Assembly: GCA_013203475.1 (NCBI GenBank)
Contig: JABMNV010000106.1
Location: 1-59,957, forward strand
DNA length: 59,957 nt
Direction: 5' to 3'
DNA from: Acidobacteriota bacterium
GTDB taxonomy: Bacteria > Acidobacteriota > Vicinamibacteria > Vicinamibacterales > SCN-69-37
The notes beneath the pieces were generated by a model. That model saw only the letters and a program-made list of their open reading frames with translations. It was not told the DNA's origin and made no database searches. The position numbers and the translations under genes were made by a program. Of the stretch, positions 36,650-49,915 are shown in pieces. Numbering within the stretch: the stretch's first letter is position 1; every line of letters begins with the position of its first letter.

Positions 36650-38641
36650 CTACAGAACGGGGATTCCGAGGCCTAGCAGGTATTCAAACGTCGAATCGTA
36701 GAAGGCAGGAGGGCGTGTCGGATCGGTCATGTCACCCTGCGGCACGAATATGACCATGCCTTGACGTGCGCGAGTAAGTAGAACGCGGTAGGCGTTGCGC
36801 AGATAGGTTCGTCGGTCCTCCTTCTTGACGTTCTGCCACTTGCTGGCCACAAATGAGTGGCCACTCCAGCCATTGTTCGCGAAGCGGAAATCCGCGTCCC
36901 ACGTAACGCAGGCCCAGTCGAGTTCCAAACCCTGGACCTGGAATTCAGTGGCGGCATCCTCCAGGTAGAAACTCGATCGAGTATCGGTTCGATCGTTCAG
37001 GAACCAGTGGACAGGATTAACTTCGACTCGGATGTCGACTGCGTGTGGCTTGAGGCGTTGGGCCCCTGAAGACGCGACCAGGCCATAACGCTCAGAGCCT
37101 CGCGCTTTGCTGCGGATCCAAGCTTTGGCCTGGTTCAGGTCACGAGTGAGAGAAATCGGGTAGCGCGGGAGCACTTGCTTCAGCAGGTTGCTGGCTTCCT
37201 CCCTTTCAAGGTCGAGAACTGCCTTCACGAAACGAGAGACGTTCTCCGCTCGAAAGGATCGCATCGAAACAGACAGGTGCAGACGGTCATCCTTGATGAC
37301 GTTGCCGTGTCCTCCTAGGTGTTGGATGGCTGTTCCAGCGTCGTACTCGGAGTCGGTCAGATTAGGCGAAATGTACGCAGTCCACGCTTGGAACGAACCT
37401 GACACGGCCTCGAGCCATGCAGAGATACCGGCTTCGCCCCGATTGATTTCTTGTCCGCCGCCAACCAAGCAGATCACGACTGCCCAGTCAGAGTGACGGT
37501 CTAGATAGGAAAGAAGAAACTCCGGTTCGGATTGAGTGAACCCGGGTCGCCCCTTCTTCCGTCGCATGAAGTCGGCGGTCATCGAATGATTCCATGCCCG
37601 TTGCGCCTCGTCGAAGATCACGACGTGGTCGCTCGGCGGACTTGGATGGTTCAGTCCCTCATCCCGGAAGTGGTGGACATTTTGAATGAATGCTTTGATC
37701 TTCTGCCGGACGTCGCCCTTCCGGGTCTTGTCCTTCTTCGCGCGAAGACGACGCATCTCATCTCTGGCCAGGGCCTCACTCAGGACCTTGACCAACGGCC
37801 CGTTTCCTGAGAGGAAGATCGCATGAGTTGGACTCGTTTCATCCCGGCGCCTCGTAGCCACATTGAGACCTACCAGAGTCTTTCCGGCACCAGGCACGCC
37901 TGTCACGAAGATGATGGCCTTTTGTCGATCGGTTTTCGCCTTGTCAATGATCTCTTCCACGCCGGTCGAGGTCAGATTCAGATTGCGCGCTCCTGCATCG
38001 TGTCGAGCAATAGCGTCGACCGAGTGTCTGGAATACAAGGCCTGCGCCGCTTCAATGATCGTTGGAGTCGGCTGGTAGGGAGCCTGTGCCCAAATAGCCG
38101 CATCGATGGGTGTTCCAATCGCGGCATCGAGGCCCAACTGAATTGCTGCCCGTAGCTGGGCGCCGCCACCGCCACACGGCATCGGCGGATATACGCCGTC
38201 ATCCGCAGGTGGAAGCAAGCGCGGCTCCAGGTCGTGCAACTCGGTGGCCACAAGAATCGGAATAATTGGCGCAGCATGGCTTGCTCGATGGAAGTTCTTG
38301 AGATCCAGCGCGTAGTCCCAAACCTGGTTATGGTCTGCGGTCCTGATTAGGCGTTCCCCGACCTTGAATTCGATCACGAAAATTGCAGATCCGCTCACGA
38401 GGACGGCGTCGATTCGGCTGCCAACTCGCGGCACGTCGAATTCCAGAAACAGCGTACCAACGAGACCGGAGAGCGCAGACTTCAAGATCTCGATTTCCCC
38501 AGCCCATGCGTCCTTCTGTGCCGGTTCAATTGAGAACACGCTCCTTGTCGTCAGCGTTCCCAGCACGGCCTCCGTCGTCGTCGCCATAAAGTCGGCCACG
38601 GTGGCGGCGTAGTACGCCCGGGAGTATGGGAGCTCTGACAT
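36650..38641 (-). CDS. DUF2075 (Schlafen group 3-like helicase) protein with N-terminal PD-(D/E)xK nuclease-like domain
   Basis: RIDAVL..VIEFK; Walker A GVPGAGKT; Walker B DEAQRAW; QGLELD and YRVLLTRARQG motifs. Confidence 0.85.
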   Translation of the reverse strand: MSELPYSRAYYAATVADFMATTTEAVLGTLTTRSVFSIEPAQKDAWAGEIEILKSALSGLVGTLFLEFDVPRVGSRIDAVLVSGSAIFVIEFKVGERLIRTADHNQVWDYALDLKNFHRASHAAPIIPILVATELHDLEPRLLPPADDGVYPPMPCGGGGAQLRAAIQLGLDAAIGTPIDAAIWAQAPYQPTPTIIEAAQALYSRHSVDAIARHDAGARNLNLTSTGVEEIIDKAKTDRQKAIIFVTGVPGAGKTLVGLNVATRRRDETSPTHAIFLSGNGPLVKVLSEALARDEMRRLRAKKDKTRKGDVRQKIKAFIQNVHHFRDEGLNHPSPPSDHVVIFDEAQRAWNHSMTADFMRRKKGRPGFTQSEPEFLLSYLDRHSDWAVVICLVGGGQEINRGEAGISAWLEAVSGSFQAWTAYISPNLTDSEYDAGTAIQHLGGHGNVIKDDRLHLSVSMRSFRAENVSRFVKAVLDLEREEASNLLKQVLPRYPISLTRDLNQAKAWIRSKARGSERYGLVASSGAQRLKPHAVDIRVEVNPVHWFLNDRTDTRSSFYLEDAATEFQVQGLELDWACVTWDADFRFANNGWSGHSFVASKWQNVKKEDRRTYLRNAYRVLLTRARQGMVIFVPQGDMTDPTRPPAFYDSTFEYLLGLGIPVL

Positions 38642-38700
38642 GAATCGTTCGCTGAGCGCCAGGTTATCACCGCGCAGATTCGTCACGTTTGAATGGACGC

Positions 38701-38908
38701 GGTTTTCATCCGGCCGGCGCGTCGTCGTGCAGCCCGACTGTGAGCGACGCGAGAGCGAAGTGCCAAGAACAGCTCGGAAAGAGGCGATACCGGCGTGTGG
38801 ATGGGGGCCCCCGCGCCCGCGACGCCTGGACGATAGCCTTGGAGTGCTGGTCTTGCCGCGTCGGCGAACCGGAGGGCGGCACGACGACGTGCCGGCCGGA
38901 TAACAACC
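38701..38908. mobile_element. MITE-like element with ~35-bp imperfect terminal inverted repeats
   Basis: 38701-38735 reverse-complements 38874-38908 with 4 mismatches; no transposase and no clear target duplication. Confidence 0.5.
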
Positions 38909-38943
38909 TTCATCGCGGTGTTGAGGCCCACGCCTCGCTACGT

Positions 38944-40272
38944 CTACTTCTGCGGCTTGAACTTGATCGACGACGTGAAGTCCCAGCGGTGTTTTGGACG
39001 ATAGATGCCGCCGTCTTTGATGCGCGACTTGACGCGGAAGGTGTGCAGCATTCGATGGTAGTCGTAGGGGGCACCGTCACGTTTGTGGACGGCAACATCG
39101 AGCTTGTACGTCCCTTCCACGAGATCGAGCGACTCGATGGCCAACGTGACGACAGCCTCTCCTTCGAACCGGTCGGACTCAAGTTCCTCGATGAACGTAT
39201 TGGTGCCGTAGACCATCACGCCATCTGCTGTGAACAGGCCGATGCCAAACACGAAGTCGCGTACAGGCACTGCGGCCCTCACACCTAACATCACGCGCAT
39301 GGCTTCGCCCGTGTGAAACACCTGGGTCGGCTGACCGTCGGCACTTTGAAATTCCACGGTCGTGATCTCCACGCCGCCCGAACCCCAACGCCCCGCACCT
39401 GCCTGCGTCATGTCGCCGGCGTAATCGTCGGCCGCCGCCACCGGTCCTTCGGGGCTAGCTTGACCCGCTTCGCCCGCCTGGGTTTTTGCCTTCTGGTCAG
39501 ATGAGACAAGAAAACGCTCTTCCTGACGAGCGACGTCAGTGACGTACGTCCCGATCACACGCGTCGGATCACCTTCGGCCTTCATCTGTCCGGCGTCGAG
39601 CCACACGGCCTCATCGCAGAATCGCTCGACCAACCCGAGCGAGTGCGTGACGAGCAAGATCGTCTTGCCGCGCCGCTTGAACTCGCCAAACTTGTCGAGG
39701 CACTTGTGGGTGAAGCCCTCATCGCCGACCGCGAGCACTTCGTCCACGAGTAACACGTCCGGGTCCACGTGAATAGCCACAGCGAAACCGAGGCGCATGT
39801 ACATGCCGGACGAATAGGTCTTCACCGGCGCATCAATAAACTCGGTGAGTTCAGCGAACTCGACGATTTCATCAAAGCGCTTCGTGATCTCTTTCTTCGT
39901 CAGGCCCAGCATGATGCCGTTGATGAAGACGTTCTCTCGGCCGGAGATCTCAGGATGAAAACCGGCGCCCAACTCAATCAGGGCCGAGATGCGCCCATTG
40001 ACGTCGACCTTTCCAATCGTCGGCTTCGTGATGCCGGCGACCAGCTTGAGCGCCGTACTCTTGCCTGAGCCGTTCCGCCCGACCACACCAAACGTGCAAC
40101 CCTTTGGCACCGTGAACGACACGTCGCTGAGGGCCTGAAACGTCTCGTCGGGCCGAAGCTGACGGACAAGGTCACCAGATAACAAAGCGCTCTTCAGTGT
40201 GGAAAACTGTTTGCCGCCGTACCGACGGTAGATCTTGGTCACGTTCGTGAGCGTAATGGCCGTCTGACTCAT
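38944..40272 (-). CDS. wzt: Polysaccharide ABC exporter ATPase Wzt with C-terminal carbohydrate-binding domain
   Basis: GRNGSGKST, LGAGFHPEISGREN, YSSGMYMRLGF and DEVLAVGD motifs; Wzt_C domain. Confidence 0.85.
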   Translation of the reverse strand: MSQTAITLTNVTKIYRRYGGKQFSTLKSALLSGDLVRQLRPDETFQALSDVSFTVPKGCTFGVVGRNGSGKSTALKLVAGITKPTIGKVDVNGRISALIELGAGFHPEISGRENVFINGIMLGLTKKEITKRFDEIVEFAELTEFIDAPVKTYSSGMYMRLGFAVAIHVDPDVLLVDEVLAVGDEGFTHKCLDKFGEFKRRGKTILLVTHSLGLVERFCDEAVWLDAGQMKAEGDPTRVIGTYVTDVARQEERFLVSSDQKAKTQAGEAGQASPEGPVAAADDYAGDMTQAGAGRWGSGGVEITTVEFQSADGQPTQVFHTGEAMRVMLGVRAAVPVRDFVFGIGLFTADGVMVYGTNTFIEELESDRFEGEAVVTLAIESLDLVEGTYKLDVAVHKRDGAPYDYHRMLHTFRVKSRIKDGGIYRPKHRWDFTSSIKFKPQK

Positions 40273-41057
40273 ACGGCCTCGGCAAACGAATCGCGCAGGC
40301 GGTCGAACACCCAGTACGCCAGCAAGAACAACACCACCGACGCAGCACCCAGCGCGAGCAACCACCACTTGTGGCCAAACGGTCCGTCGAAGAAGAGGAC
40401 CTCCTGATACGAAATGGCCAGATGCGTGAATGGATTCCAGTTGAAGTACTTCATGTACTCCGGAAACTGCTGATACGAATAAATGATCGGCGTCGCAAAA
40501 AACCAGAACGTCAGGAGATTGGAGACCAGATCCTTCACATCACGGAAGTGAACCGCCAGCGCAGACAGAAGCAGAGACAGACCGGCGGTAAACAGCAACT
40601 GGACGCCGACGATCACCACGAACCATGGCAGTTCCCACCAGTCGGGCGTGACGGCGTAGTACGCCATGAACCCGATCAAAATGGGCAAGCCCAACAGAAA
40701 GTGCACCATGTTCGACAGGATGGTGACAAACGGCAACACCTCGGCCGGGAACAACACCTTCTTGATGAGATTTCCACCGGAGATCAACGATCCTGTTGCT
40801 TCCCCCAACGACGACGAAAACCAGGTCCACGGCAGTAGAGCTGTGAACATGAACACCGCATAGGGTTGAAGGCCTTCGGCCCTGTTCTGCAGCAGATAGG
40901 TGAACACAAAGTTGTAGATGGTTAACAGCAGGAGCGGGTTCACGAACGACCAGAAGTACCCGAGCACTGATCCTCGATACCGCGCCTTCAGGTCGCGCGC
41001 CACCAAACTCTGAATCAGGCCTCGGTACTTCGGCAGCTGCCTGAGGTTATGCCACAT
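40269..41057 (-). CDS. wzm: Polysaccharide ABC exporter permease Wzm
   Basis: RDLKARYRGSVLGYFWSFVNPL, LIKKVLFP and FATPIIY motifs. Confidence 0.85.
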   Translation of the reverse strand: MWHNLRQLPKYRGLIQSLVARDLKARYRGSVLGYFWSFVNPLLLLTIYNFVFTYLLQNRAEGLQPYAVFMFTALLPWTWFSSSLGEATGSLISGGNLIKKVLFPAEVLPFVTILSNMVHFLLGLPILIGFMAYYAVTPDWWELPWFVVIVGVQLLFTAGLSLLLSALAVHFRDVKDLVSNLLTFWFFATPIIYSYQQFPEYMKYFNWNPFTHLAISYQEVLFFDGPFGHKWWLLALGAASVVLFLLAYWVFDRLRDSFAEAV

Positions 41058-41835
41058 CGCCCGAACCGCCGATTTCCACGAGAACCACGGTGATGTTATC
41101 CGGCCCGCCGGCAGCATTCGCTGCAGCGACAAGGGCGTCGGCCGTCTGTTTCAGGTCCTGGGGTCCACCTGCCACAATCGCTTCAATGTCCTTGTGTGGT
41201 ACCACCGAAGACAAGCCGTCGGAGCACACCAGCAGGCGATCGCCAGGCTCGACCACGACCTCTGTGATCTCGACTTCAGGGTCATCACCGCCGGAGATGG
41301 CTCGGGTGACGACGTTGCGCCATGGATGGTGCTGTGCATCTTCGTTGGTCAGGACGCCGGCGCGGACTTGCTCTCCGACCCATGAGTGATCGTGTGTCAA
41401 CTGACGCAGATGCCCCTCGCGCCACTGATACACACGACTGTCGCCAACATGAGCGATATGGGCCTTGTCATCATCGCTGAGTAAGAGTGCAGCCACCGTT
41501 GTGGCCATCCCCTTGAGCGCCACGTTGCCGGCGATCGCCGAAGCGACTTTCCGGTTGGCCAGACGAATGGATGCGATCAGTCGATTCGCGGCGAGTGATC
41601 GTGCGGCTTCAAAGGGAAAGGGCCACGTCTGATTCAGATCAGCGTCACGAGTGTCTGAGATGAACGCTTCGATGACCTCTGCGGAAATACCGGAAGCCAC
41701 TTCGCCGGCCTCGTGCCCGCCCATGCCATCGGCCACTATGTAGAGCCCAAGATCGGGACGCTCACGGAAGGCGTCTTCGTTTCCCTCCCGTCGCAGGCCC
41801 GTGTGGGTGACGGCGGCCGAAGACATATGCAGCAT
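41047..41835 (-). CDS. Ser/Thr protein phosphatase PP2C (Stp1/PrpC)
   Basis: GLRREGNED, VADGMGGH, HVGDSR, CSDGL and GGPDNIT motifs. Confidence 0.92.
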   Translation of the reverse strand: MLHMSSAAVTHTGLRREGNEDAFRERPDLGLYIVADGMGGHEAGEVASGISAEVIEAFISDTRDADLNQTWPFPFEAARSLAANRLIASIRLANRKVASAIAGNVALKGMATTVAALLLSDDDKAHIAHVGDSRVYQWREGHLRQLTHDHSWVGEQVRAGVLTNEDAQHHPWRNVVTRAISGGDDPEVEITEVVVEPGDRLLVCSDGLSSVVPHKDIEAIVAGGPQDLKQTADALVAAANAAGGPDNITVVLVEIGGSGDVA

Positions 41836-41843
41836 CTTGATAG

Positions 41844-42275
41844 TTAACGGCGCATGCGCGCATGTTGTGACACCTGGAGTCGCGTAATGGCGCGCAACAA
41901 GGCCAGGCGTGCCCGTTCAAAGTCCATATCGACACTACCCTTGGCCGCCTCCGCCAACAGATCCTCGGCTCGACGTTTTGCCGCCTCGGCACGCTCCAGA
42001 TCGATGTCGTCTGCCTTCTCGGCGATGCGCGCGAGAATCGTCACGCTACTTGGAAGAATTTCAGCAAAGCCAAATCCCACAAATCCGTGGAACGTCTCCG
42101 TGCCCTTCCGGTACCACATCTCGCCCACCTTCAGAGCGACGAGCAGAGGCGTGTGACCAGGAAGGACTCCAAGAAACCCTTCCTCGCCAGGCAACTGCAA
42201 CTCGTCCACTTCGTCGTGGACGATCGAGCGCTCCGGTGTGACGAACTCAAGACGTAACGTCGTGGGAATAGCCAT
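41844..42275 (-). CDS. atpC: ATP synthase F1 epsilon
   Basis: VTPER and GVLPGHTPL motifs; operon position. Confidence 0.95.
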   Translation of the reverse strand: MAIPTTLRLEFVTPERSIVHDEVDELQLPGEEGFLGVLPGHTPLLVALKVGEMWYRKGTETFHGFVGFGFAEILPSSVTILARIAEKADDIDLERAEAAKRRAEDLLAEAAKGSVDMDFERARLALLRAITRLQVSQHARMRR

Positions 42276-42281
42276 GAATCT

Positions 42282-44608
<2,327 letters not shown>

Positions 44609-44612
44609 CTTT

Positions 44613-46127
44613 CTAGACCATCGTCGCGAACTGCTTGCCGAACTCCTCGAGCGCTGACTCAAGTGCGCCCTTGGTGTCGTCGTCAAGAATCTTCTTTTCG
44701 CGAATTGCCGTCAGCACCTCGGCACGTTGCGCTTCAAGGAAGCGGTATAGCTCGACTTCGTACTCGCGAAGTTTTTCGACGTCGATTGAGTCCAGGTACC
44801 CTTTTGTCGCCGCGAAAATGATAGCCACCTGCTTCTCAACAGGCAGCGGTTGATACTGCGACTGCTTGAGTACTTCAGTCAGGCGTCGACCGCGGTTGAG
44901 TTGCTTCTGGGTGGCCGGATCGAGATCACTGCCGAACTGGGCAAAGGCTGCAAGCTCGCGGTACTGGGCAAGGTCGAGACGCAGGCTGCCGGCCACCTGG
45001 CGCATGGCCTTGATCTGGGCGGAGCCGCCGACGCGCGAGACCGAGTTGCCGACGTTGATGGCGGGGCGGAAGCCCTGGTTGAACAGGTCGGCTTCAAGAA
45101 AAATCTGGCCGTCCGTAATGGAGATCACGTTGGTCGGGATGTAGGCTGAAAGGTCGCCCGCCTGCGTCTCGATGATCGGGAGCGCCGTCAGCGAGCCCCC
45201 CCCAAGATCGTTGTTGAGCTTGGCTGCCCGTTCGAGCAAACGGGAATGCAGGTAAAAGACGTCGCCCGGGTAGGCTTCGCGGCCTGGCGGCCGACGGAGC
45301 AACAATGAAATTTCACGGTAAGCCTGCGCGTGCTTCGAAAGGTCGTCGTACACCAGCAGGGCATGGCGACCGCTGTCGCGGAAGTACTCACCAATGGTGC
45401 AGGCCGAATACGGGCTGATGTAGAGCATCGGTGCGGGGTCGGAAGCACCAGCCGCAACGACGATGGTGTATTCCATTGCGCCGGCCTCTTCGAGTATGCG
45501 AACCACCTGCGCGACCGTCGACTGCTTCTGGCCGATCGCGTTATAGATGCAGATAACGCCAAGGCCCTTCTGATTGATGATGGCGTCAATGGCGACTGCG
45601 GTCTTGCCTGTCTGACGGTCGCCAATGATCAATTCACGCTGACCTCGGCCGATGGGCACCATGCCGTCGATGGCTTTCAGCCCCGTCTGCATCGGCTCTT
45701 TGACCGGCTGCCGATCGACCACGCCGGGCGCAAGGCGCTCAATTGGCATCTGTTTTTTCGCCGTGATCGGTCCCTTGCCGTCAATCGGCTGACCGAGCGA
45801 GTTCACGACTCTGCCAAGCATCTCGTCGCCGACCGGCACCGAGATGATGCGGCCCGTGCGCTTGACGATGTCGCCTTCCTTGATCAGGGTCGAACGGCCC
45901 AGAAGCACGGCGCCAACGCTCTCTTCTTCAAGATTGAGCGCGATGCCGAAGAGCCCGTTGGGGAACTCCAGCATTTCGCCGGCCATGGCGCCTTCGATGC
46001 CATGGATGCGTGCGATACCGTCGCCCACGGATATCACAGAGCCCACTTCCGCAACGTCAATGTCAACGGCGTAGTTGCCAATCTGGTCGCGGATGATTTT
46101 TGAGATTTCTTCGGCCTTGATCTGCAT
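44613..46127 (-). CDS. atpA: ATP synthase F1 alpha
   Basis: GDRQTGKT and [15 protein letters not shown] motifs. Confidence 0.98.
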   Translation of the reverse strand: MQIKAEEISKIIRDQIGNYAVDIDVAEVGSVISVGDGIARIHGIEGAMAGEMLEFPNGLFGIALNLEEESVGAVLLGRSTLIKEGDIVKRTGRIISVPVGDEMLGRVVNSLGQPIDGKGPITAKKQMPIERLAPGVVDRQPVKEPMQTGLKAIDGMVPIGRGQRELIIGDRQTGKTAVAIDAIINQKGLGVICIYNAIGQKQSTVAQVVRILEEAGAMEYTIVVAAGASDPAPMLYISPYSACTIGEYFRDSGRHALLVYDDLSKHAQAYREISLLLRRPPGREAYPGDVFYLHSRLLERAAKLNNDLGGGSLTALPIIETQAGDLSAYIPTNVISITDGQIFLEADLFNQGFRPAINVGNSVSRVGGSAQIKAMRQVAGSLRLDLAQYRELAAFAQFGSDLDPATQKQLNRGRRLTEVLKQSQYQPLPVEKQVAIIFAATKGYLDSIDVEKLREYEVELYRFLEAQRAEVLTAIREKKILDDDTKGALESALEEFGKQFATMV

Positions 46128-46150
46128 CGTGTCCTCGCGGGAGAGCTGTC

Positions 46151-46708
46151 TTACACGGCGTCCAGCAGTTGCTGGCGCATTATTTCAAGCTGGCGTGCCA
46201 CGCTGGCGTCGTACACCGTGCTGCCGACACGGGCGACAATGCCGCCCATGATGGCCGGGTCAACCGCTTCCTGCAGCTGGACGGTGGCACCGGTCGCGCC
46301 AGCCACGGCACTAAGTGCCGTCGCAAGGGCGTCGCGTTTGCCATCGGGCAGCGTGTCGGCGGTCACGATCGTTGCCTGAACGATCTTGCGGTGCGCCATC
46401 AGACGCGCGGAATAATCGGTGGCCACATCACGCACCGCACCAAGACGGTCGCGGTCAGCCAGCATTAACAGGAGGCGACTCACTTCCCCGGACACGTCGC
46501 CGGATGCGGACAACAGGGCTTCGACCAGGGTGCGCTTCTTGGCGGCAGGGATCACGGGAGACGCCAGCGCCTGCTGCAGTTCGGCATTGCCTTCGAGTAA
46601 GGCGACAAACCCGTTGAGGTCTGTCTCGGCTTTCGAGAGGTCCGCAGTTTTTTCCACGACCTCGAACAGGACCTTGGCGTAGCGTCGCGCGGCCGAGCGG
46701 GCGCTCAT
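46151..46708 (-). CDS. atpH: ATP synthase F1 delta
   Basis: ARRYAK and [14 protein letters not shown]...DAS motifs. Confidence 0.93.
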   Translation of the reverse strand: MSARSAARRYAKVLFEVVEKTADLSKAETDLNGFVALLEGNAELQQALASPVIPAAKKRTLVEALLSASGDVSGEVSRLLLMLADRDRLGAVRDVATDYSARLMAHRKIVQATIVTADTLPDGKRDALATALSAVAGATGATVQLQEAVDPAIMGGIVARVGSTVYDASVARQLEIMRQQLLDAV

Positions 46709-46860
46709 AGGCGGACTCCCACGGCTTCACGCACGGTGGGCAGGCCTGAAAAGGCTGCACCTGAGCGAAATGTGGTCGCGTTGTCGCCGTTAAGGTCTAT
46801 GAGGTCGTTGAGCACGTATGGGCCTCCGCCAGGGCTGATCTGCCACTAGCAAACCGACCA

Positions 46861-46890
46861 TTTATACCACTCCAGAGCGAGCCCGGGCAA
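46861..46890 (-). promoter_or_regulatory. Putative sigma70 promoter for atpHAGDC
   Basis: Minus strand TTGCCC-N18-TATAAA with TG extension; implies a leader of about 150 nt. Confidence 0.45.
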
Positions 46891-46919
46891 GGCTCAGACG
46901 TCTGGGTGGTTGGCCGAAG

Positions 46920-47963
46920 CTAGGTTAAACGGACAAGGACTCCTGCTGATTCTCGAACGGTCACCACCCCAACGTGGGCCGCAGGCAGCCCGGAGGCTAC
47001 CAATTGAGCGAGAAAAGCCGGAGCCTCCGTGGGAGAAACCGTGAACAGGAGGCCACCAGACGTCTGAGGGTCCATGCAGAGCAAGGCCAGTTCGGGCCGA
47101 ACCGTCGTCTCGACTCTGGTCCGGTCAAAGTGTTTCAGGTTTGACCGCCCCCCGCACGGGAGGTTTTCTGCGGCCAACTCGGCCGCCCCAGTCAAGAGAG
47201 GCAAGTGGTTGGTATTGAACACTAACGTGGTTTGACTGGCAGCGGCGACCTCGGTCGCGTGTCCTGAGAGCCCGAAACCGGTGATATCGGTACAGGCGCC
47301 GATACTACCTGCTGGCAGAGCTCTCGCGATTCGAGCGGCCTCGTTGTTCATGCTGACCATGGATGTGATGGCGCTCGCCAGTTGTTCAGGCGTCGAGCGC
47401 TCAAAGCGGGTGGCTCGCACAATCACGCCGGTTCCCAGGGGCTTCGTTAGAATCAGGACGTCGCCAACCCTCGCTCCGGCATTGGAAAAAATGCGGTCTG
47501 GATGGACATGCCCAGTGACTGAGTAGCCGAATTTGACCTCGGGGTCGGTCACCGTGTGGCCACCGAGCAGCGCGACCCCAGCCTCCCGGAGTTTGTCTGA
47601 CCCGCCCCTGAAGATCTCGCGGATGACCTCGGGCGTTGGGCCATCTTTTGGAAACGCCGCGATCGCCAGGGCGGTTCTGGGCTCGCCGCCCATGGCATAG
47701 ACATCACTGAGAGCATTGGCAGCGGCGATCTGCCCGAAGACGTAGGGGTCATCCACAATCGGAGTGAAGAAGTCGACGGTCTGCACTAGTGCCGAATCCG
47801 CTGACCACCGAAACACTCCAGCGTCGTCAGCGGTCTGGAAGTCGATGAGAACGCGGTCATTGACAGTGTCGGAACGCAGGCCGGACATGATTTGTTCGAG
47901 TTCGGCTGCCTGAAACTTGCTGGCGCATCCCGCGCAGTCGGCGTAGTCGGTGAGTTTCTTCAT
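46920..47963 (-). CDS. selD: Selenide, water dikinase (selenophosphate synthetase)
   Basis: LT..CAGCASK, DDAGV, TVDFFTP, NALSDVYAMGG, GGHT, TDITGFGL and DPQTSGGLL motifs. Confidence 0.93.
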   Translation of the reverse strand: MKKLTDYADCAGCASKFQAAELEQIMSGLRSDTVNDRVLIDFQTADDAGVFRWSADSALVQTVDFFTPIVDDPYVFGQIAAANALSDVYAMGGEPRTALAIAAFPKDGPTPEVIREIFRGGSDKLREAGVALLGGHTVTDPEVKFGYSVTGHVHPDRIFSNAGARVGDVLILTKPLGTGVIVRATRFERSTPEQLASAITSMVSMNNEAARIARALPAGSIGACTDITGFGLSGHATEVAAASQTTLVFNTNHLPLLTGAAELAAENLPCGGRSNLKHFDRTRVETTVRPELALLCMDPQTSGGLLFTVSPTEAPAFLAQLVASGLPAAHVGVVTVRESAGVLVRLT

Positions 47964-47970
47964 GAAGGAC

Positions 47971-48855
47971 CTATGGCTTGGTCAGGGCTTCGTAGATCCG
48001 TTGCAGTTCTTCCTCGCTGGTGAAGTCGATCTCGATACGGCCGCCCCGGGATTTTCGAATGATGCGGACACGGGTACCAAGCGCCATCTTCAGGGCATCT
48101 TCGGCGGCGCGGGTGTTGGCGTCCACTTTGGGAGCTTCTGGTTTGTCGGATCGTGATGTTGTCTCGCGCTTGACGAGTGCTTCGGTTTCACGGACAGACA
48201 AACCACGGGCAATCACGTCGCGACCCACGCGGCGCTGCGCCGCCTCGTCGGTCAGCGACAGCAGTGCTCGGGCGTGCCCCATCCCCATGGCGCCTTCTGA
48301 CAAGGCCGTGCGAACTTCGGCGGGCAGCCGCAGCAGGCGCATGTAGTTGGCAACGGTCGCGCGGTTCTTGCCGACCTGAATCGCGATGGACTCCTGCGAG
48401 AGTTCCAAGTCGTCCGTGAGTTTTCGATAGGCCTGGGCTTCTTCAATCGGATTGAGATCCTCGCGCTGGATGTTCTCAATCAGCGCCACTTCAAGGAGCT
48501 TGTCGTCGGGCACGTCCTTGACGACGACCGGAACCTTCAGAAGCCCGGCGCGCTGCGACGCTCGCCACCGACGTTCGCCAGCGACGATTTCGTACTGGTC
48601 ACCCACTCGCCGGACGATGATGGGTTGGATGACGCCGTTGGCCCGAATTGACTGTGCTAATTCTTCAAGGCGGTCGTCGTCCAACCGCAGGCGAGGCTGA
48701 CTCGGGTTGGGCGAGAGCAGATCGATATCGAGTTCCGTCGGTTTACCTCGATCGCTCAGCGGTTCGGCCGACTGCGGCGCGCGGGACGGAGGAGGAACGT
48801 TATCGCGGATCAGTGCACTGAGACCGCGTCCAAGGGCGGGGCGTTTGGTGGCCAT
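47971..48855 (-). CDS. parB: Chromosome partitioning protein ParB
   Basis: LGRGL, GERRWRA and ENIQREDL motifs. Confidence 0.96.
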   Translation of the reverse strand: MATKRPALGRGLSALIRDNVPPPSRAPQSAEPLSDRGKPTELDIDLLSPNPSQPRLRLDDDRLEELAQSIRANGVIQPIIVRRVGDQYEIVAGERRWRASQRAGLLKVPVVVKDVPDDKLLEVALIENIQREDLNPIEEAQAYRKLTDDLELSQESIAIQVGKNRATVANYMRLLRLPAEVRTALSEGAMGMGHARALLSLTDEAAQRRVGRDVIARGLSVRETEALVKRETTSRSDKPEAPKVDANTRAAEDALKMALGTRVRIIRKSRGGRIEIDFTSEEELQRIYEALTKP

Positions 48856-48868
48856 GAGTCAGGAAACC

Positions 48869-49672
48869 TCAGTGAGTGGTGCGCGTGGCAGCGGAAAGAT
48901 CGCGGGAAAGAAATTCGCGGGCCAGGGCCACATAGGCTTCGGCACCGCGGGAACGAGCGTCATACAGGATGACCGGCACTCCATGACTGGGCGCCTCGCC
49001 CAGGCGGATATTTCGTGGAATCACGGTCTTGAACACTTTGTCGCCGAAGTACTCACGGATGCTTCCGCCCACCTGCTGGCCTAAATTGGTGCGGTCGTCG
49101 TACATCGTGAGCAGCACCCCTTCCACGTCAAGGCCCGGATTTAGTGACGAGCGCACGCGGTCGAGGGTCGCCATCAGGTCGGCAATGCCCTCAAGGGCGA
49201 AGTACTCACAATTGAGAGGAATCAGCACGGTGTCGGCTGCCACGAGTGCGTTCAATGTGAGGAGTCCAAGCGATGGAGGCGTGTCGATGAAGATGTAGTC
49301 GTACTCGCCGCGCAGGGCGTCCACGAACTTGCGCATCCGTTGGTCGCGGTCCGCCAACATGACGAGCTCGATTTCCGCGCCCGTCAGATCGCGATTGGCT
49401 GGCACGAGAAAGAGGTGGTCGACTCCGGTGGCCAGCACGTAGTCGGCCGCTGGCAAGACGTCAGTCGTCAGTGCGTCATAGACCGTGCCGGCCGGTGATG
49501 ACTGTCCTTTGAGGCCAACTCCGGACGTGAGATTTGCCTGTGGGTCGAGGTCAATTAGCAGCACACGGCGGTCAGCCATGGCGAGGGAGGCCGACAGGTT
49601 GATGGCCGTCGTGGTTTTAGCCACGCCGCCTTTTTGATTGGACACAGCAATGACTCTTGTGTTTTTGGCCAT
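48869..49672 (-). CDS. parA: Chromosome partitioning ATPase ParA/Soj
   Basis: NQKGGVAKTT, DLDPQAN, DTPPSLG and EAPSHG motifs. Confidence 0.96.
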   Translation of the reverse strand: MAKNTRVIAVSNQKGGVAKTTTAINLSASLAMADRRVLLIDLDPQANLTSGVGLKGQSSPAGTVYDALTTDVLPAADYVLATGVDHLFLVPANRDLTGAEIELVMLADRDQRMRKFVDALRGEYDYIFIDTPPSLGLLTLNALVAADTVLIPLNCEYFALEGIADLMATLDRVRSSLNPGLDVEGVLLTMYDDRTNLGQQVGGSIREYFGDKVFKTVIPRNIRLGEAPSHGVPVILYDARSRGAEAYVALAREFLSRDLSAATRTTH

Positions 49673-49875
49673 GTGACAGATTAAATAATACCTCTAGATT
49701 CCGTGATGGACCTCTATTGTCGGCGGAAGGCTTGTCTAGGTCAAGCATGAAGGGTCCTTCAACACCAACGCTGCCTTGGCTTGCTTGTAGGAAGACGGCA
49801 CCAAACCAGGTAAGCAACGCCTCTGGGCCGCGCACCTTTCAATCGCTGGGCCCAAAGCATGAAGGGCTAGACAAG

Positions 49876-49891
49876 TGTTCCACGTGGAACA
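49876..49891. promoter_or_regulatory. parS centromere site
   Basis: TGTTCCACGTGGAACA, a perfect match to the established parS consensus, next to parAB. Confidence 0.93.
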
Positions 49892-49915
49892 CGCAGGGGA
49901 CCTGTCGCCCACCTA

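Noticed and set aside
47920-47963. Sec codon in selD
   Set aside because: The active-site motif is encoded as Cys (CAGCASK) with no in-frame TGA.
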